Below are positions 9,083-18,603 of a stretch of 64,000 nucleotides of DNA, in pieces. The stretch is from a virus, in the IMG/VR virus record IMGVR_UViG_3300020020_000026, positions 1-64,000 of that record. The stretch is one strand, 5' to 3'. The notes beneath the pieces were generated by a model. The model searched no databases, was not told the DNA's origin, and saw only the letters and a program-made list of their open reading frames with translations. The translations under genes and the position numbers were made by a program. Position 1 is the stretch's first letter; every line of letters begins with the position of its first letter.

Positions 9083-9450
9083 TGGGCAGGCGACCGAAGG
9101 CGACGACCGGCGTGATCACCGACGAGGAGATCGCCAAAATCCAGAACATGGCATGGGCCAATGCGCGCACCGCGTTCGAACAGGAGACCCAGCCGCAGCG
9201 CGAGCGCGAGGAGTTCGAACACTTCAAGCGCGCGGTCCGCACGGGCGACAGCGCCAAGATCAGCGAGGTGATCTTCCAGGCTCTGACCCGCGCCAACATC
9301 CGGGCCGACGTTGCGTTGCGTGAGTTTCTCGCTGAAGAGATCGATGCCGGTCGCACCGAAAAGCTGAACAACCAACTTAAGTTTTATCTGGTGCAGTATC
9401 TAGTGCATCCGTTGGTGCGTCCGCTGCAATCGTGGGTGCGCGAGACATAG
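9082..9450 (+). CDS. Hypothetical protein
   Basis: ORF coupled to the exonuclease stop (TAATG). Confidence 0.6.
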   Translation: MGRRPKATTGVITDEEIAKIQNMAWANARTAFEQETQPQREREEFEHFKRAVRTGDSAKISEVIFQALTRANIRADVALREFLAEEIDAGRTEKLNNQLKFYLVQYLVHPLVRPLQSWVRET

Positions 9451-9562
9451 CGGGGTGACTAGTGGGGACGGGGTGAACCCCTGAGCCAGGCCAGCCACCC
9501 TCCAGACGCGACGGCGGATTGGAGGGGCTCCCGTCCCATTTAATTCAACAGGAGACGACCAA

Positions 9563-10588
9563 ATGTCCGACACCACCGCAATGATCCCAAGCGACCGCAA
9601 GCCGCCTATCGTTGTGCTGCGCGAGCGCCTGGAGGCCCGCAAGGGCGAGCTGCAGAATGCCCTGACCGACATCAAGGCGGACCATTTCATCCGCGCACTG
9701 ATCACGTCCGCCCAGGTGAATCCGGACCTACAGGCCTGCAGCTTCCAGTCGCTATGGCTGGCCGCGATGCGCGCCTGCCGCGACAACCTTCTGCCTGACG
9801 GACGCGAGGGGGCGATTGTCCCCTACAAGACGAACGCCCAGTGGATTCCGATGTACCAGGGATTGCTGAAGCGCTTCCGCCAGTCCGGTATGGCGAAGTG
9901 GATCGCCGCCGATGTGGTCCGCGAGGGCGAGGTGTTCGAACACTGGGTTGACCAGTTCGGTGAACACTTCAAACACGTCCCGGAGGGCGACGAGAGCAAG
10001 CCGATCATCAAGGTCTATGCGGCGGCGCTGACGACCGATGGCGCGTTCTATTGCGCCGTGATGAGCATCACCGAGATCAACAAGGTCAAGGCGATGAGCC
10101 GCGCCAGCCGCGACGACAGTCCCTGGAAGCAGTGGCCGGGCGAGATGATGAAGAAGACCGCGCTGCGCCGCCTGAGCAAACTGCTCCCGGCCGGTCGCGA
10201 CTTCTTCGAGGAGGATGACGAGCCCGCCGCCATCAAAGAGCAGGGTCCAGCGCTCCAGATCGTGGAGCGCCAGGCCGGTGCCGCCAGCGCGCTCGATAGT
10301 TTTGCCGGGACGGCGCAAGAACCGCCAGCCCAGGAAGGCGGGGAGGTTTCGCGTCCCGCTGACCCGGCACCAACCGAAGCGACCGTTACCGACATTCAAG
10401 ACCCGCGCTCTATCGCATACGAGCGCGGCAGGATCGCCAAGCAGACAGGGGCGCAGCGTCGCGCAATGCCGGGGGAATACCGTGAAGAAGCGAACCGTGC
10501 GGAAGGCGAAGCGTGGCTCGCGGGCTACGACGGCAAAGAACTCGTCAACCCGGCGACCGGCGAAATCTATGGCAAAAGCGCCGATTGA
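9563..10588 (+). CDS. recT: RecT-family single-strand annealing protein
   Basis: LQACSFQSL...LLPDGREGAIVPY...MYQGLLK...SPWKQWPGEMMKKTALRRLSKLLP. Confidence 0.9.
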   Translation: MSDTTAMIPSDRKPPIVVLRERLEARKGELQNALTDIKADHFIRALITSAQVNPDLQACSFQSLWLAAMRACRDNLLPDGREGAIVPYKTNAQWIPMYQGLLKRFRQSGMAKWIAADVVREGEVFEHWVDQFGEHFKHVPEGDESKPIIKVYAAALTTDGAFYCAVMSITEINKVKAMSRASRDDSPWKQWPGEMMKKTALRRLSKLLPAGRDFFEEDDEPAAIKEQGPALQIVERQAGAASALDSFAGTAQEPPAQEGGEVSRPADPAPTEATVTDIQDPRSIAYERGRIAKQTGAQRRAMPGEYREEANRAEGEAWLAGYDGKELVNPATGEIYGKSAD

Positions 10589-10784
10589 AGGCATCGTCCT
10601 CCGCGAGCTGCGCACAACCGCTCAGGCCTGTGCGCAGCTTGGAGTGACGCGCTATCTACTTCTCAAACTCTGTCGAGAAGGAAAGTTGGACCGCGTCCGC
10701 TTCGGCGGCCAGACACGAATCACAGCGCGCTCATTGAATGCGCTTGTGGATGAGATGCTGACGAACCCAAGAAGGAGGCGCTGA
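10569..10784 (+). CDS. Excisionase-like HTH DNA-binding protein
   Basis: TTAQACAQLGVTRYLLLKLCREGKLDRVRFGGQTRI (HTH_17-like). Confidence 0.7.
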   Translation: MAKAPIEGIVLRELRTTAQACAQLGVTRYLLLKLCREGKLDRVRFGGQTRITARSLNALVDEMLTNPRRRR

Positions 10785-11188
10785 TGGCCGACAACAACAT
10801 CGAGGCGGAATTGCAGAACATCGCCAAGGTCGCGAAGAAGAACGGCAACGGCAACAACACTCCGCCAGCGCCGGAATTGCCAGCGGACCGCATGAAGGCC
10901 ATCGAGTACGGGCTGACAGCGTTCCAGCAAGTCGGCCATGAGCGCGACCAGTTGCGCAAGGACGCGGCCGATCTGCGCGACAAAATCTCCTCGCTGCAGA
11001 TCACCAACGAGGGCCTCAACTCCCAGCTCAGCGAACTGCAGTCGCACCTTCGCTCCGCTGTCATGATTCGCGATCAGGCGGTGGCTGACCGCATCAAATA
11101 CGAAGCACTGTTCATTTCTGTCCATGCCCAGATGCGCGCCTTCGCGGTTCCGGCTGAGCCGTACATCAAGGACCATGACACGGAGTGA
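10784..11188 (+). CDS. Coiled-coil hypothetical protein
   Basis: AGGAGG RBS; heptad-rich sequence. Confidence 0.7.
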   Translation: MADNNIEAELQNIAKVAKKNGNGNNTPPAPELPADRMKAIEYGLTAFQQVGHERDQLRKDAADLRDKISSLQITNEGLNSQLSELQSHLRSAVMIRDQAVADRIKYEALFISVHAQMRAFAVPAEPYIKDHDTE

Positions 11189-11588
11189 GGCGCAGGCCTC
11201 GATCAACCTCGCGCTGATGCTGGCTCTGGTCATCACCTACCTGATGCCCAGGGCAGAACGGCGCAAGGAGCCACCACCGCCGCAGCCTTCGGTGGCCGCG
11301 AAGCTGTTGCAGGAGCCGCTGCCAAAACTATCACCGGACCGTGAAATCCGGGAGATCGACTGGAGCATGTACCGGCCGCTGATACCCAGGAGCGTGATGA
11401 CGGAACGGATCATGCCGCTGCCGCCGTCAACCAGCGCGATGGCGATAGCGCGGCCGGTCTACAAGGACGACCCGGAAGAGGTCGCGCGCATTCCAAAGCA
11501 GCGATCCAGAGCGAGCGACGACATCTGCACCCGGCACAAGCTGAGAAAGGTGTGGGTCAGCAAGTACAAATGGAGATGTCTGCGATGA
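11175..11588 (+). CDS. Membrane-anchored Pro-rich protein with C-terminal Cys/His motif
   Basis: N-terminal hydrophobic segment LALMLALVITYL; ends DICTRH...WRC. Confidence 0.6.
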   Translation: MTRSEAQASINLALMLALVITYLMPRAERRKEPPPPQPSVAAKLLQEPLPKLSPDREIREIDWSMYRPLIPRSVMTERIMPLPPSTSAMAIARPVYKDDPEEVARIPKQRSRASDDICTRHKLRKVWVSKYKWRCLR

Positions 11589-11857
11589 CCGACGTAAAGA
11601 AACTTCACGAACTCCACAACCGTCTCGCGCCTGAGCTGGCGCTGAAGATCATAGGTGAAGTGAAGAAGGCGGGCGGCGATCCCAGTGACGTTATGATCGT
11701 TTTGCAGAGCGTGGTCACGGGAGTGATGGGCGGAATCATCATGATGGGGATGACTGAAGACCGGGCATTGGACGCGATGGTGGAGCGCGTCAAGGAACGA
11801 TTGAAGGTGATGCCGCGTGACGGAGAACACAGGCGTGGCGTGGACGCCCTACTATAA
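11585..11857 (+). CDS. Hypothetical protein
   Basis: GGAG RBS; coupled ORF MTDVKKLHEL. Confidence 0.6.
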   Translation: MTDVKKLHELHNRLAPELALKIIGEVKKAGGDPSDVMIVLQSVVTGVMGGIIMMGMTEDRALDAMVERVKERLKVMPRDGEHRRGVDALL

Positions 11858-12824
11858 GCCGAAGTTCTACCGGCACCTGAACCACCTTGTCATCAACGGG
11901 TTCTATGCCCGCACGCTTGACGCGGACGATCATGCGTTCATCGAATCCGTCAAGACGAAGGGCATCGCCAACGGCTCGCTGCCCAGCACAAACGCGGTGC
12001 TGATCGAGGAGCTGGGCTTCTGGGAATTCCCCTACGCCATCCAGCCAGGGATCGAGCGCCGGGTCGGCAAGCCGCCGCCCATCCCTGAGACCCCGGAGCA
12101 GCGCGAGCTGCGCAAGGCAAGGGTCGCCCGGTGGCACGCCCAGCGCGCCATCCGCAAGCAGGAGCGCGAGATTGCCGCCGCAGAGCTGAAGCGGGAAGAG
12201 CGCGAGCAGGCGGAGGCGATGCGGCGGCGCAAGGTGCGCGATGCCATCACCGACGCCGAATGGGATGCGGCGGCACCGAAGGAAGCACCGTTTGGCGCGA
12301 CGATAGACGGCAAGCATGTCCCACAGTGGAAGCTGGAGGAGCTTGGCATCAAAGTGCCACCAGTAACGCGCCCGTCGCGCTGGAAAAACCCCAACCCTGC
12401 GATGAAGCTGGCCCCGCACCAACTGGACGAAGCCAAGAAGCGCCTGGCGGCGGCCGAGAGGGCGATGGTGCGCAAGAGGCTGATCGCCGACGAGAAGAGT
12501 GAGGAGCGGCGCAGGCAGATAGCGGCGAGAAGGCAAGAGAACAAAGTCGCCAATGAGCAGCATCGGCGCGAGCGAATACTAGCGGAGGCTCGCGAAACCG
12601 TCGCCCGCGTCGCCAGGATGGAGCGCGAGTGGGATGGGCTGCCCAATGTTTCGGAAAACCTCCTGAAGGAGGCGATCCTGACCCTGCTCCACCGCTCGCC
12701 CGGTCAGACCTGGACGGGACCGGATATGGCACGGGCAATCGGTTGCACCGATGTCCAGCAAATGAACCGCTGTCTTGATGAGCTGGTGAAGAGCGGCAGA
12801 CTGGAGACAAGGACACCTAAATGA
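11817..12824 (+). CDS. Charged coiled-coil protein with C-terminal winged HTH
   Basis: KEAILTLLHRSPGQTWTGPDMARAIG...MNRCLDELVKSGRL. Confidence 0.65.
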   Translation: MTENTGVAWTPYYKPKFYRHLNHLVINGFYARTLDADDHAFIESVKTKGIANGSLPSTNAVLIEELGFWEFPYAIQPGIERRVGKPPPIPETPEQRELRKARVARWHAQRAIRKQEREIAAAELKREEREQAEAMRRRKVRDAITDAEWDAAAPKEAPFGATIDGKHVPQWKLEELGIKVPPVTRPSRWKNPNPAMKLAPHQLDEAKKRLAAAERAMVRKRLIADEKSEERRRQIAARRQENKVANEQHRRERILAEARETVARVARMEREWDGLPNVSENLLKEAILTLLHRSPGQTWTGPDMARAIGCTDVQQMNRCLDELVKSGRLETRTPK

Positions 12825-13027
12825 AGCGCATCACCTCCGAGAGCAAGCTGCCCGGCATGAAGGCGACCCGCGACTGGGAATCGCCGGATAATTTGAGCGA
12901 GCAGGCGAAGACCGCAGGCGCAGCCAAGCGCCGCGAGCGCGAGGAGCTGGCTAGAATGGACCGCGAGATCGAAGGCCTGGAGGGCCTACTGCGAACGATT
13001 GATCGAGGACGGAGGAGACTGAAATGA
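12821..13027 (+). CDS. Hypothetical protein
   Basis: Coupled ORF (ATGA overlap). Confidence 0.55.
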   Translation: MKRITSESKLPGMKATRDWESPDNLSEQAKTAGAAKRREREELARMDREIEGLEGLLRTIDRGRRRLK

Positions 13028-13269
13028 GCATCCCGGCAAGCGTCGTGAAGGACACGGCCGACATCCGCATGAAGTTGTTGGATATCTGGAAGCAGATAGA
13101 CGAGAAGAAGATCAGCTCGTCAGAGGCGCGGCTGCATATCAGCGTGGCGCGAGCGATCCTGGATACGCTCAAGGTCGAGATGGCGGCGGCTCACCTGGCG
13201 CAGCAATCGATTCCGTCCGTTCCGATCCTGACAGCGGGCGTGCCGATCCGGCGCACGCGAGACCAGTGA
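13024..13269 (+). CDS. Hypothetical protein
   Basis: GGAGGAG RBS; coupled ORF. Confidence 0.65.
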   Translation: MSIPASVVKDTADIRMKLLDIWKQIDEKKISSSEARLHISVARAILDTLKVEMAAAHLAQQSIPSVPILTAGVPIRRTRDQ

Positions 13270-13518
13270 TCAGCGTTTCTTCGGCCTGAAGATATCCGGC
13301 CGGATGTCCTCCGGACTCATGTCGAGTATCGCCGCGACCGACTGGACATGCTCAGGCGGCACCCGCTTCCATTGTTGGACGGCCTGATTGCTCAGGCCAA
13401 GCTCCCCCGCCAGCCGTGTAGCAAGGCCACGCTCGGCATAGATGCGGCGCATAACCCGGTCGCGCTGTTGCTCAGCAATCATCTCTAAACCCTGTTGCAT
13501 CAATCCAAAATAATCCAA
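13270..13518 (-). CDS. Cro/YdaS-like HTH regulator
   Basis: ATRLAGELGLSNQAVQQWKRVPPEHV...IRPDIF; exact start uncertain. Confidence 0.8.
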   Translation of the reverse strand: MDYFGLMQQGLEMIAEQQRDRVMRRIYAERGLATRLAGELGLSNQAVQQWKRVPPEHVQSVAAILDMSPEDIRPDIFRPKKR

Positions 13519-13541
13519 TCAAAATAAAAAACAAGACGGCA

Positions 13542-13570
13542 TTGCAAAACTAAAAAACCAAGCCTACCTT
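13542..13570 (+). promoter_or_regulatory. sigma70-type promoter divergent from the cro-like gene
   Basis: TTGCAA-N17-TACCTT with an A-rich upstream tract, followed by hairpin CCGGGA-ATGG-TCCCGG. Confidence 0.55.
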
Positions 13571-13623
13571 GTTTGTTAAGCCGGGAATGGTCCCGGTCGG
13601 GTCGAAACGGAGGGCATCCAAGG

Positions 13624-14010
13624 ATGACCGACACCACCAGCGACGGGATGATTCACGTCCCGTCTACTACGGCTGACTTGCAGCCGCCGCGTCCCGCCAA
13701 CCTCACGGTTGAAACCGCAAACTTCTTGCGGGCTCACTGGAACGAGGTTGTTGGGTTCTTCAAGGCGATCTCGGGCGAAAACCCGTCGATCCACGGCAGC
13801 ATCACGTTCGATGAAGCCGCCTGCATCTTCAAGATTCAGGAGATGGCCCGCGAGAACGGCTACGCGCTGCTTGGCGAAGTTCAGGCGAGCAAGCTGCGCC
13901 GCGTCGTGCGCTCTGCCTACAAGCAGACCACAAAGCAGTCGTTCAAGACGCTTGAAGCGCAGAACCGTAACCTGAAGCGCATCGCCGCACGCCCGCGCAT
14001 CGCGGGCTGA
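13624..14010 (+). CDS. Hypothetical protein
   Basis: GGAGG RBS before ATG 13624; followed by hairpin 14020-14043. Confidence 0.65.
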   Translation: MTDTTSDGMIHVPSTTADLQPPRPANLTVETANFLRAHWNEVVGFFKAISGENPSIHGSITFDEAACIFKIQEMARENGYALLGEVQASKLRRVVRSAYKQTTKQSFKTLEAQNRNLKRIAARPRIAG

Positions 14011-14081
14011 AGGTTACTACGGCGGGGGCGCAATCCCCCGCCGCCCTATCTCCTCCCACAAAAATCGAAAGGGGCACCGGC

Positions 14082-15080
14082 ATGTCAGCCGCAGAAGACA
14101 AAGTGATCCACAATCAATTCCCATCAATCGAGCAGCGCGCCGCGAAAGCAATGACCGACTACAAGGTTGGCATCGCAGACGAGGTTGCCGGAAAAGGCCG
14201 TGCAATCCGCGCTATCGTGGAATATGGCAGGGCGCTGCAGGAAGGCCGTAACAGGGATCGCAGCAACCGAAGGTTTGGCCAGTGGGTCACCGACAACGGG
14301 CTCGATGTCGGCAAGCCGTGGGACGACCGGCGCGAACGAACAGCAGCGATGGAGATCGCTAAGATTCCCGTTGACGGTACGCTACCGTCAACGACCTTCG
14401 ACGCCTGCCCATACACGACGCCAACCAATGTAATGAAATGGTATCGAAAAACGCTTGCGCCGAAGACCGATGAGGAACCGAAGCGCAAGAGCGCTGCCGA
14501 CAAGGCGCAGAGTAAGGGTGGCGACGATCTAGACGACCGCGCCGAATTCTTCGACTTGAAGCCACACTACAAGCAGGCTGAGATCGAGGAGCTGCTTGAT
14601 AAGAAGACACCGAAGAAAAAAATCGAAGAGATCACCGGCCTTAGCGACCGCCAGGTCCGTCACATCACGGAACGTGTCCGCGTCGAGCGCGCGGCTGTGG
14701 CGCGGGCATTATCCAGCGGGGCGCTGACCAAAGCTGAAGCTGACCTGTCGGAAAAATCAAAACTCACGCTGGCCGATGCCATCCGCATCCACAAAGCGAA
14801 GCTCGATAAGGCTTTCGAGCAACTCGTCAGCGACGAGGTGAAGAAGCGGATCGCTGCGGCAAACGACGCAGTTCGTGAGCGACTGAAGAAGGCCGATCAG
14901 GCAATCCTTCAGTTTGAGCGCGACCGTGGCAAGCGCGGCGTGTTCAGCAAACGCCAGTTCAAGCAACTGCAGATTTGCTGCCACCCGGATGCTTCCGCGA
15001 GCAAGGAGACGCGCGCTGAGTTGCTGCAAATTCTGGTCAAGTACGAAACCTATCTCGTTAACCCGGAGCTAAAACAATGA
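14082..15080 (+). CDS. Hypothetical protein with central HTH-like segment and C-terminal HPD motif
   Basis: KKKIEEITGLSDRQVRHI (HTH-like); LQICCHPD. Confidence 0.7.
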   Translation: MSAAEDKVIHNQFPSIEQRAAKAMTDYKVGIADEVAGKGRAIRAIVEYGRALQEGRNRDRSNRRFGQWVTDNGLDVGKPWDDRRERTAAMEIAKIPVDGTLPSTTFDACPYTTPTNVMKWYRKTLAPKTDEEPKRKSAADKAQSKGGDDLDDRAEFFDLKPHYKQAEIEELLDKKTPKKKIEEITGLSDRQVRHITERVRVERAAVARALSSGALTKAEADLSEKSKLTLADAIRIHKAKLDKAFEQLVSDEVKKRIAAANDAVRERLKKADQAILQFERDRGKRGVFSKRQFKQLQICCHPDASASKETRAELLQILVKYETYLVNPELKQ

Positions 15081-15352
15081 CCGGCATCACAAACCTTGAA
15101 GAGGAGCGTAGGCGACGAGCGTTGGCCGCCGCCGAAAGAGAAAGCGCGGCAGAGGACGAGCAGTTTGAAACGACCGTCGATCAAATCATTGACACGATGG
15201 TGTCGTCGCCTCTCTCGTTGGGCGAGATGCTTACGGCCGCATGCGTTGCGATGATCGATCTGCTTGAGATCAACGGCCACAGCCGCGCAGACGCGATCAA
15301 GACTGTAGCCGAGAAGATCGGTCTGTTTCGGGCGCGAAAGATGAAGCCATGA
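15077..15352 (+). CDS. Hypothetical protein
   Basis: GGAG RBS; coupled. Confidence 0.6.
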   Translation: MTGITNLEEERRRRALAAAERESAAEDEQFETTVDQIIDTMVSSPLSLGEMLTAACVAMIDLLEINGHSRADAIKTVAEKIGLFRARKMKP

Positions 15353-15636
15353 TCCTGCGCAAAAAGCCATATAGCGATGAGCGGGAGTATGAGGACTATC
15401 TCCACGACAGGGAGAACTGCGAAGGCCCGCTTCCATTGATGCGCTGGAGCAACGTCAGGCGCAATATGTTGCCGAGCAGCAAGTTTGTGACCTTTCATAC
15501 CCAGCTTGGACGAGAAGGCGGTCGCCGCTTTTCAAACGTTCGCATCGATGTCGAGTGGAATGATATCGTTCAATGCATCGAGAAGTTTGCAGAGTGCGGA
15601 AATGAGCAGGCCGTCCAATTAAAGACGAAGCTGTGA
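15349..15636 (+). CDS. Hypothetical protein
   Basis: Coupled ORF. Confidence 0.55.
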   Translation: MILRKKPYSDEREYEDYLHDRENCEGPLPLMRWSNVRRNMLPSSKFVTFHTQLGREGGRRFSNVRIDVEWNDIVQCIEKFAECGNEQAVQLKTKL

Positions 15637-15639
15637 ACC

Positions 15640-16500
15640 ATGGCACCCGTCCCCACCACCAGCCGCATCTTCGCGGACCGCTACCGGCGCGAGGCGACCC
15701 GCCTGGAGAAGCTGCACGCCAACAACCTCGCGCCAGGCACGACAACCTGGGGCACGGCAATGCAGGCGATGGAGGACCGGGTCGGCAGACTGCCCGGCCC
15801 GATCAAGCGAACGACAGCCATCCGCAACGCCGCGATCTATCTGCGGGAGAACCAGAAGGACAGCATGCACTTCATGCTGGGTCTCTACACCCGCAAGCGT
15901 TCGTCAGCCATGAGCTTCGGCACCATCAACTTCGGCACCCATCCGCTGGCTGGCGTCAGCGAGGACGGTGTCAGCGTGATGCGCCACACCATGCTGTGCC
16001 GCCGGGACGGGGGCGGCGGCTCCAAGGTCAACCAGAGCATCGGCTACATCTCGCGCCACGCGGTGCAGCGGCTGCACGAACGCGGCCGGGAGCTGACCAT
16101 CGAGACCGCGACCAAGATGTTCACCGCCATCGGCATGCTGGGCTTCATGCTCAGCTACGACACCAGGCACATTGACGGCGGAATGTGCCTGCGCCTGAAC
16201 GACGACATGCTGGCGGTCGGCGTCGTCCGCTTTGCTGTCGGCACCAGTTGCGACATCAACGACTCCTGCACGTTCTTCGAGGTGCGGACGTTCCTGTCGC
16301 TGGACGAGTTGGACAGCCGTCCCACTCAACGCAGGCAGGGCGAGGCCGCCTTCAACGCAGTGTGCGAATGGGTCAAGGGCGACCGGGATGTCGAAAGCAG
16401 CAAGGCCCTGTCGGAGAAAATCCCGACGCTGGAGTGGCGCGAGCATGATTTCATCCAGCAAACGGCGGTGAAGATTTCCAGGGAGAGCGCGCATGGGTGA
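15640..16500 (+). CDS. Hypothetical protein
   Basis: 286-aa ORF with phage-like high-GC3 codon use. Confidence 0.75.
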   Translation: MAPVPTTSRIFADRYRREATRLEKLHANNLAPGTTTWGTAMQAMEDRVGRLPGPIKRTTAIRNAAIYLRENQKDSMHFMLGLYTRKRSSAMSFGTINFGTHPLAGVSEDGVSVMRHTMLCRRDGGGGSKVNQSIGYISRHAVQRLHERGRELTIETATKMFTAIGMLGFMLSYDTRHIDGGMCLRLNDDMLAVGVVRFAVGTSCDINDSCTFFEVRTFLSLDELDSRPTQRRQGEAAFNAVCEWVKGDRDVESSKALSEKIPTLEWREHDFIQQTAVKISRESAHG

Positions 16501-16804
16501 TCTATTTGACTATGCGAAGGCTAAAGAAGGACGCGACGCCGGTATGGGGCTGGTCGAGGAACACAATAAGGACTTCGCGTACCAGTTCCTCCACGCGGTC
16601 ATCGCCCTCCCGGTCGGCTGGGTCGGCACCTGTGAAGACATTCGCCGCGTTTGGACCGGCATCGTGCCAAAGCATCACAATGCGTGGGGGTCGTGCTGGG
16701 GTGCCGCCAAGCGACGCGGCCTTTTAATCGAACTGCCCGACAAAGTTCCGATGACAGCCGTGAAGAGCCACGCCAGAAAAACCCATCTGCACAGGCGCGT
16801 TTGA
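16493..16804 (+). CDS. Hypothetical phage protein
   Basis: GGAG RBS; GRDAGM...HNAWG...SHAR pattern typical of small phage proteins. Confidence 0.7.
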   Translation: MGDLFDYAKAKEGRDAGMGLVEEHNKDFAYQFLHAVIALPVGWVGTCEDIRRVWTGIVPKHHNAWGSCWGAAKRRGLLIELPDKVPMTAVKSHARKTHLHRRV

Positions 16805-16805
16805 A

Positions 16806-17132
16806 ATGACCACCGTCCTCGCCGTCTACAATGCCAAGGGCTGTGTCGGTCGCTGCGACGCGAACTGTTACAACGCCAAGCACGCCAAGTGTACTTGCAT
16901 TTGCGGCGGAGAAAATCACAGCAAGGGTTTCGAGTGTGCAGAAGTCAACAACGTCAGATCAGTCGGACTAACCCCGGCCGCCCTGCTCGCATACGCGGCG
17001 GCGACCAATCGCGACGCGCGCGAGCTGACCGTGATCGACCGGCTCCATATCCGCAACGCCAGGCACGCCCGCAAGCGCGCCCGCGACAAGCTAATGCAGC
17101 CTGACCTGTTCGATGAGAGGATCGCGACATGA
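16806..17132 (+). CDS. Cys-rich (probable Zn-binding) protein
   Basis: GRCDANCYNAKHAKCTCICGGENH. Confidence 0.7.
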   Translation: MTTVLAVYNAKGCVGRCDANCYNAKHAKCTCICGGENHSKGFECAEVNNVRSVGLTPAALLAYAAATNRDARELTVIDRLHIRNARHARKRARDKLMQPDLFDERIAT

Positions 17133-17389
17133 CGGGTTACTCCATCATCCGGTGGCTGAGCGAGCAACCGCTCGACTGGCCAGAGGCGCACCTGAACCTG
17201 ATCGACGCGCTGCGCGAATACATCCGCGCCGAAGAAGCCCTCGCCAACGACTTGCTCGATGAGGGTTCGATCACGCGCGAGCAATACAACGAGGGAATGA
17301 TTTCAGTAGTGCCGATGCGGATGATGCTCGCGGACCTGGAGCGGCATGAGATCGATCCAACGCTGGGAGGATTCAAGGATGGCCGGTAG
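17129..17389 (+). CDS. Hypothetical protein
   Basis: GAGGA RBS; coupled. Confidence 0.65.
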   Translation: MTGYSIIRWLSEQPLDWPEAHLNLIDALREYIRAEEALANDLLDEGSITREQYNEGMISVVPMRMMLADLERHEIDPTLGGFKDGR

Positions 17390-17648
17390 ACGAAGAGAAG
17401 GACTCCACCATATCGATGCGGAAGTCGGTCGGCGCATCCGCGCTGCACGGCTCGACCAGGGAATGAGCCAGACTGCGCTGGGCCAAATCCTGAACGTCAG
17501 CTTCCAACAGATTCAAAAGTACGAAATGGGCGCAAACTCCGTCGCCCTCTGCCGCCTGCCCAGCCTATGCAAGGCGCTCAAAATGGAGGTTGCCGATCTG
17601 GTCAACGGCATAGACCGGGCTAAGCCGTTGAAAGGACCGGCAAAATAG
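17379..17648 (+). CDS. XRE-family HTH regulator (alphaproteobacterial type)
   Basis: IDAEVGRRIRAARLDQGMSQTALGQILNVSFQQIQKYEMGAN. Confidence 0.85.
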   Translation: MAGRRREGLHHIDAEVGRRIRAARLDQGMSQTALGQILNVSFQQIQKYEMGANSVALCRLPSLCKALKMEVADLVNGIDRAKPLKGPAK

Positions 17649-17665
17649 CCGACAAAATAAATCGC

Positions 17666-17703
17666 TACGTCCTGTTGACATATAGGCTCAATGGGCCTAT
17701 CTA
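17666..17703 (+). promoter_or_regulatory. Early sigma70 promoter with tandem 17-bp operator-like sites
   Basis: TTGACA(17675)-N17-TATCTA, overlapped by TACGTC-N5-GACATA (17666-17682) and TAGGCT-N5-GGCCTA (17683-17699). Confidence 0.75.
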
Positions 17704-17727
17704 CGTCCTGTAACAAGGAGACAGGAC

Positions 17728-18603
17728 ATGGCCCGCTTCGACGTTCACCGCCCCTCAGTCATCGATCCCAGCGACTACGAATACGTGTCGATGGAGTGCA
17801 TCAAGATCGAGAGCCTGGGCGACTGCCTCTTCATCCAGGCGCAGCGCGAGCGGCTCAGAGAACATATGGCCATGACCGGCGGCACCTACAGCGGCCACGA
17901 TCACGGGGGAAATTGTGGAGTCTGTGGCAACGCCAACGCGATCTACACCTCCCAGTTCTATCACAAGAAAACCAACAGCTACGTCCGGGTCGGCAGCGAG
18001 TGCGCCGAAAAGCTGGGCTGCTACGAGATGGAATCCTTCAAGAGCAAGTGCGCCAACTGGCTCGACGCCAAGGCCGGAAAGAACAAGGCCAAGGCCAAGT
18101 TGGAGGCCGCCGGAATCGGCGGGGCCTGGGCAGTCTTCGAGAAGAAGGAGGCCGCGACCAACGAGGAAGCCACGGTCCAGGACATTGTCGGCAAGCTGGT
18201 CAAGTACGGCTCGATCTCCGACAAACAGGAGAGCTACTTGGCCAAGCTGATGGACCGGATCGGCCGGGCTGGCGAGATCGCCGCCCAGCGCGCGGCAGAA
18301 ACGGCAGCGGCAGCTCCGGTGCCGGTGGTCGAGGGCCGGATGAAGGTCGAGGGCGAAGTCCTCACGGTCAAGGAGGTCCAGGGCTTCTACGGCAAGCAGA
18401 CCAAGATGCTGGTGAGACACGCCAGCGGCTGGAAGGTCTGGTCAACGGTCCCCGCCAACATCGTGGACGCTGGCATCGCCAGGGGCGACAGGGTCGAGTT
18501 CGTCGCAGCGATCAAAGTCTCAGACGACGATCCCAAGTTTGGGTTCGCCTCTCGGCCCGCTCAAGGCAAGGTGTTCAAAAAGGAAGAGGAGCAAGCAGCA
18601 TGA
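17728..18603 (+). CDS. Hypothetical protein with Cys motifs and C-terminal OB-fold-like domain
   Basis: CGVCG...VGSECA; beta-rich C-terminus GRMKVEGEVLTVK...GDRVEF; AAGGAG RBS. Confidence 0.75.
   Translation: MARFDVHRPSVIDPSDYEYVSMECIKIESLGDCLFIQAQRERLREHMAMTGGTYSGHDHGGNCGVCGNANAIYTSQFYHKKTNSYVRVGSECAEKLGCYEMESFKSKCANWLDAKAGKNKAKAKLEAAGIGGAWAVFEKKEAATNEEATVQDIVGKLVKYGSISDKQESYLAKLMDRIGRAGEIAAQRAAETAAAAPVPVVEGRMKVEGEVLTVKEVQGFYGKQTKMLVRHASGWKVWSTVPANIVDAGIARGDRVEFVAAIKVSDDDPKFGFASRPAQGKVFKKEEEQAA

Noticed and set aside
12660-12810. Z-alpha (Z-DNA-binding) domain in 11817-12824
   Set aside because: A winged-helix pattern is present but the conserved Tyr and Trp of Z-alpha are absent; treated as a generic wHTH.
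13270-14010. YdaS/YdaT toxin-antitoxin pair
   Set aside because: No YdaT/CII-like partner follows the gene; the YdaS-like protein is best read as Cro.
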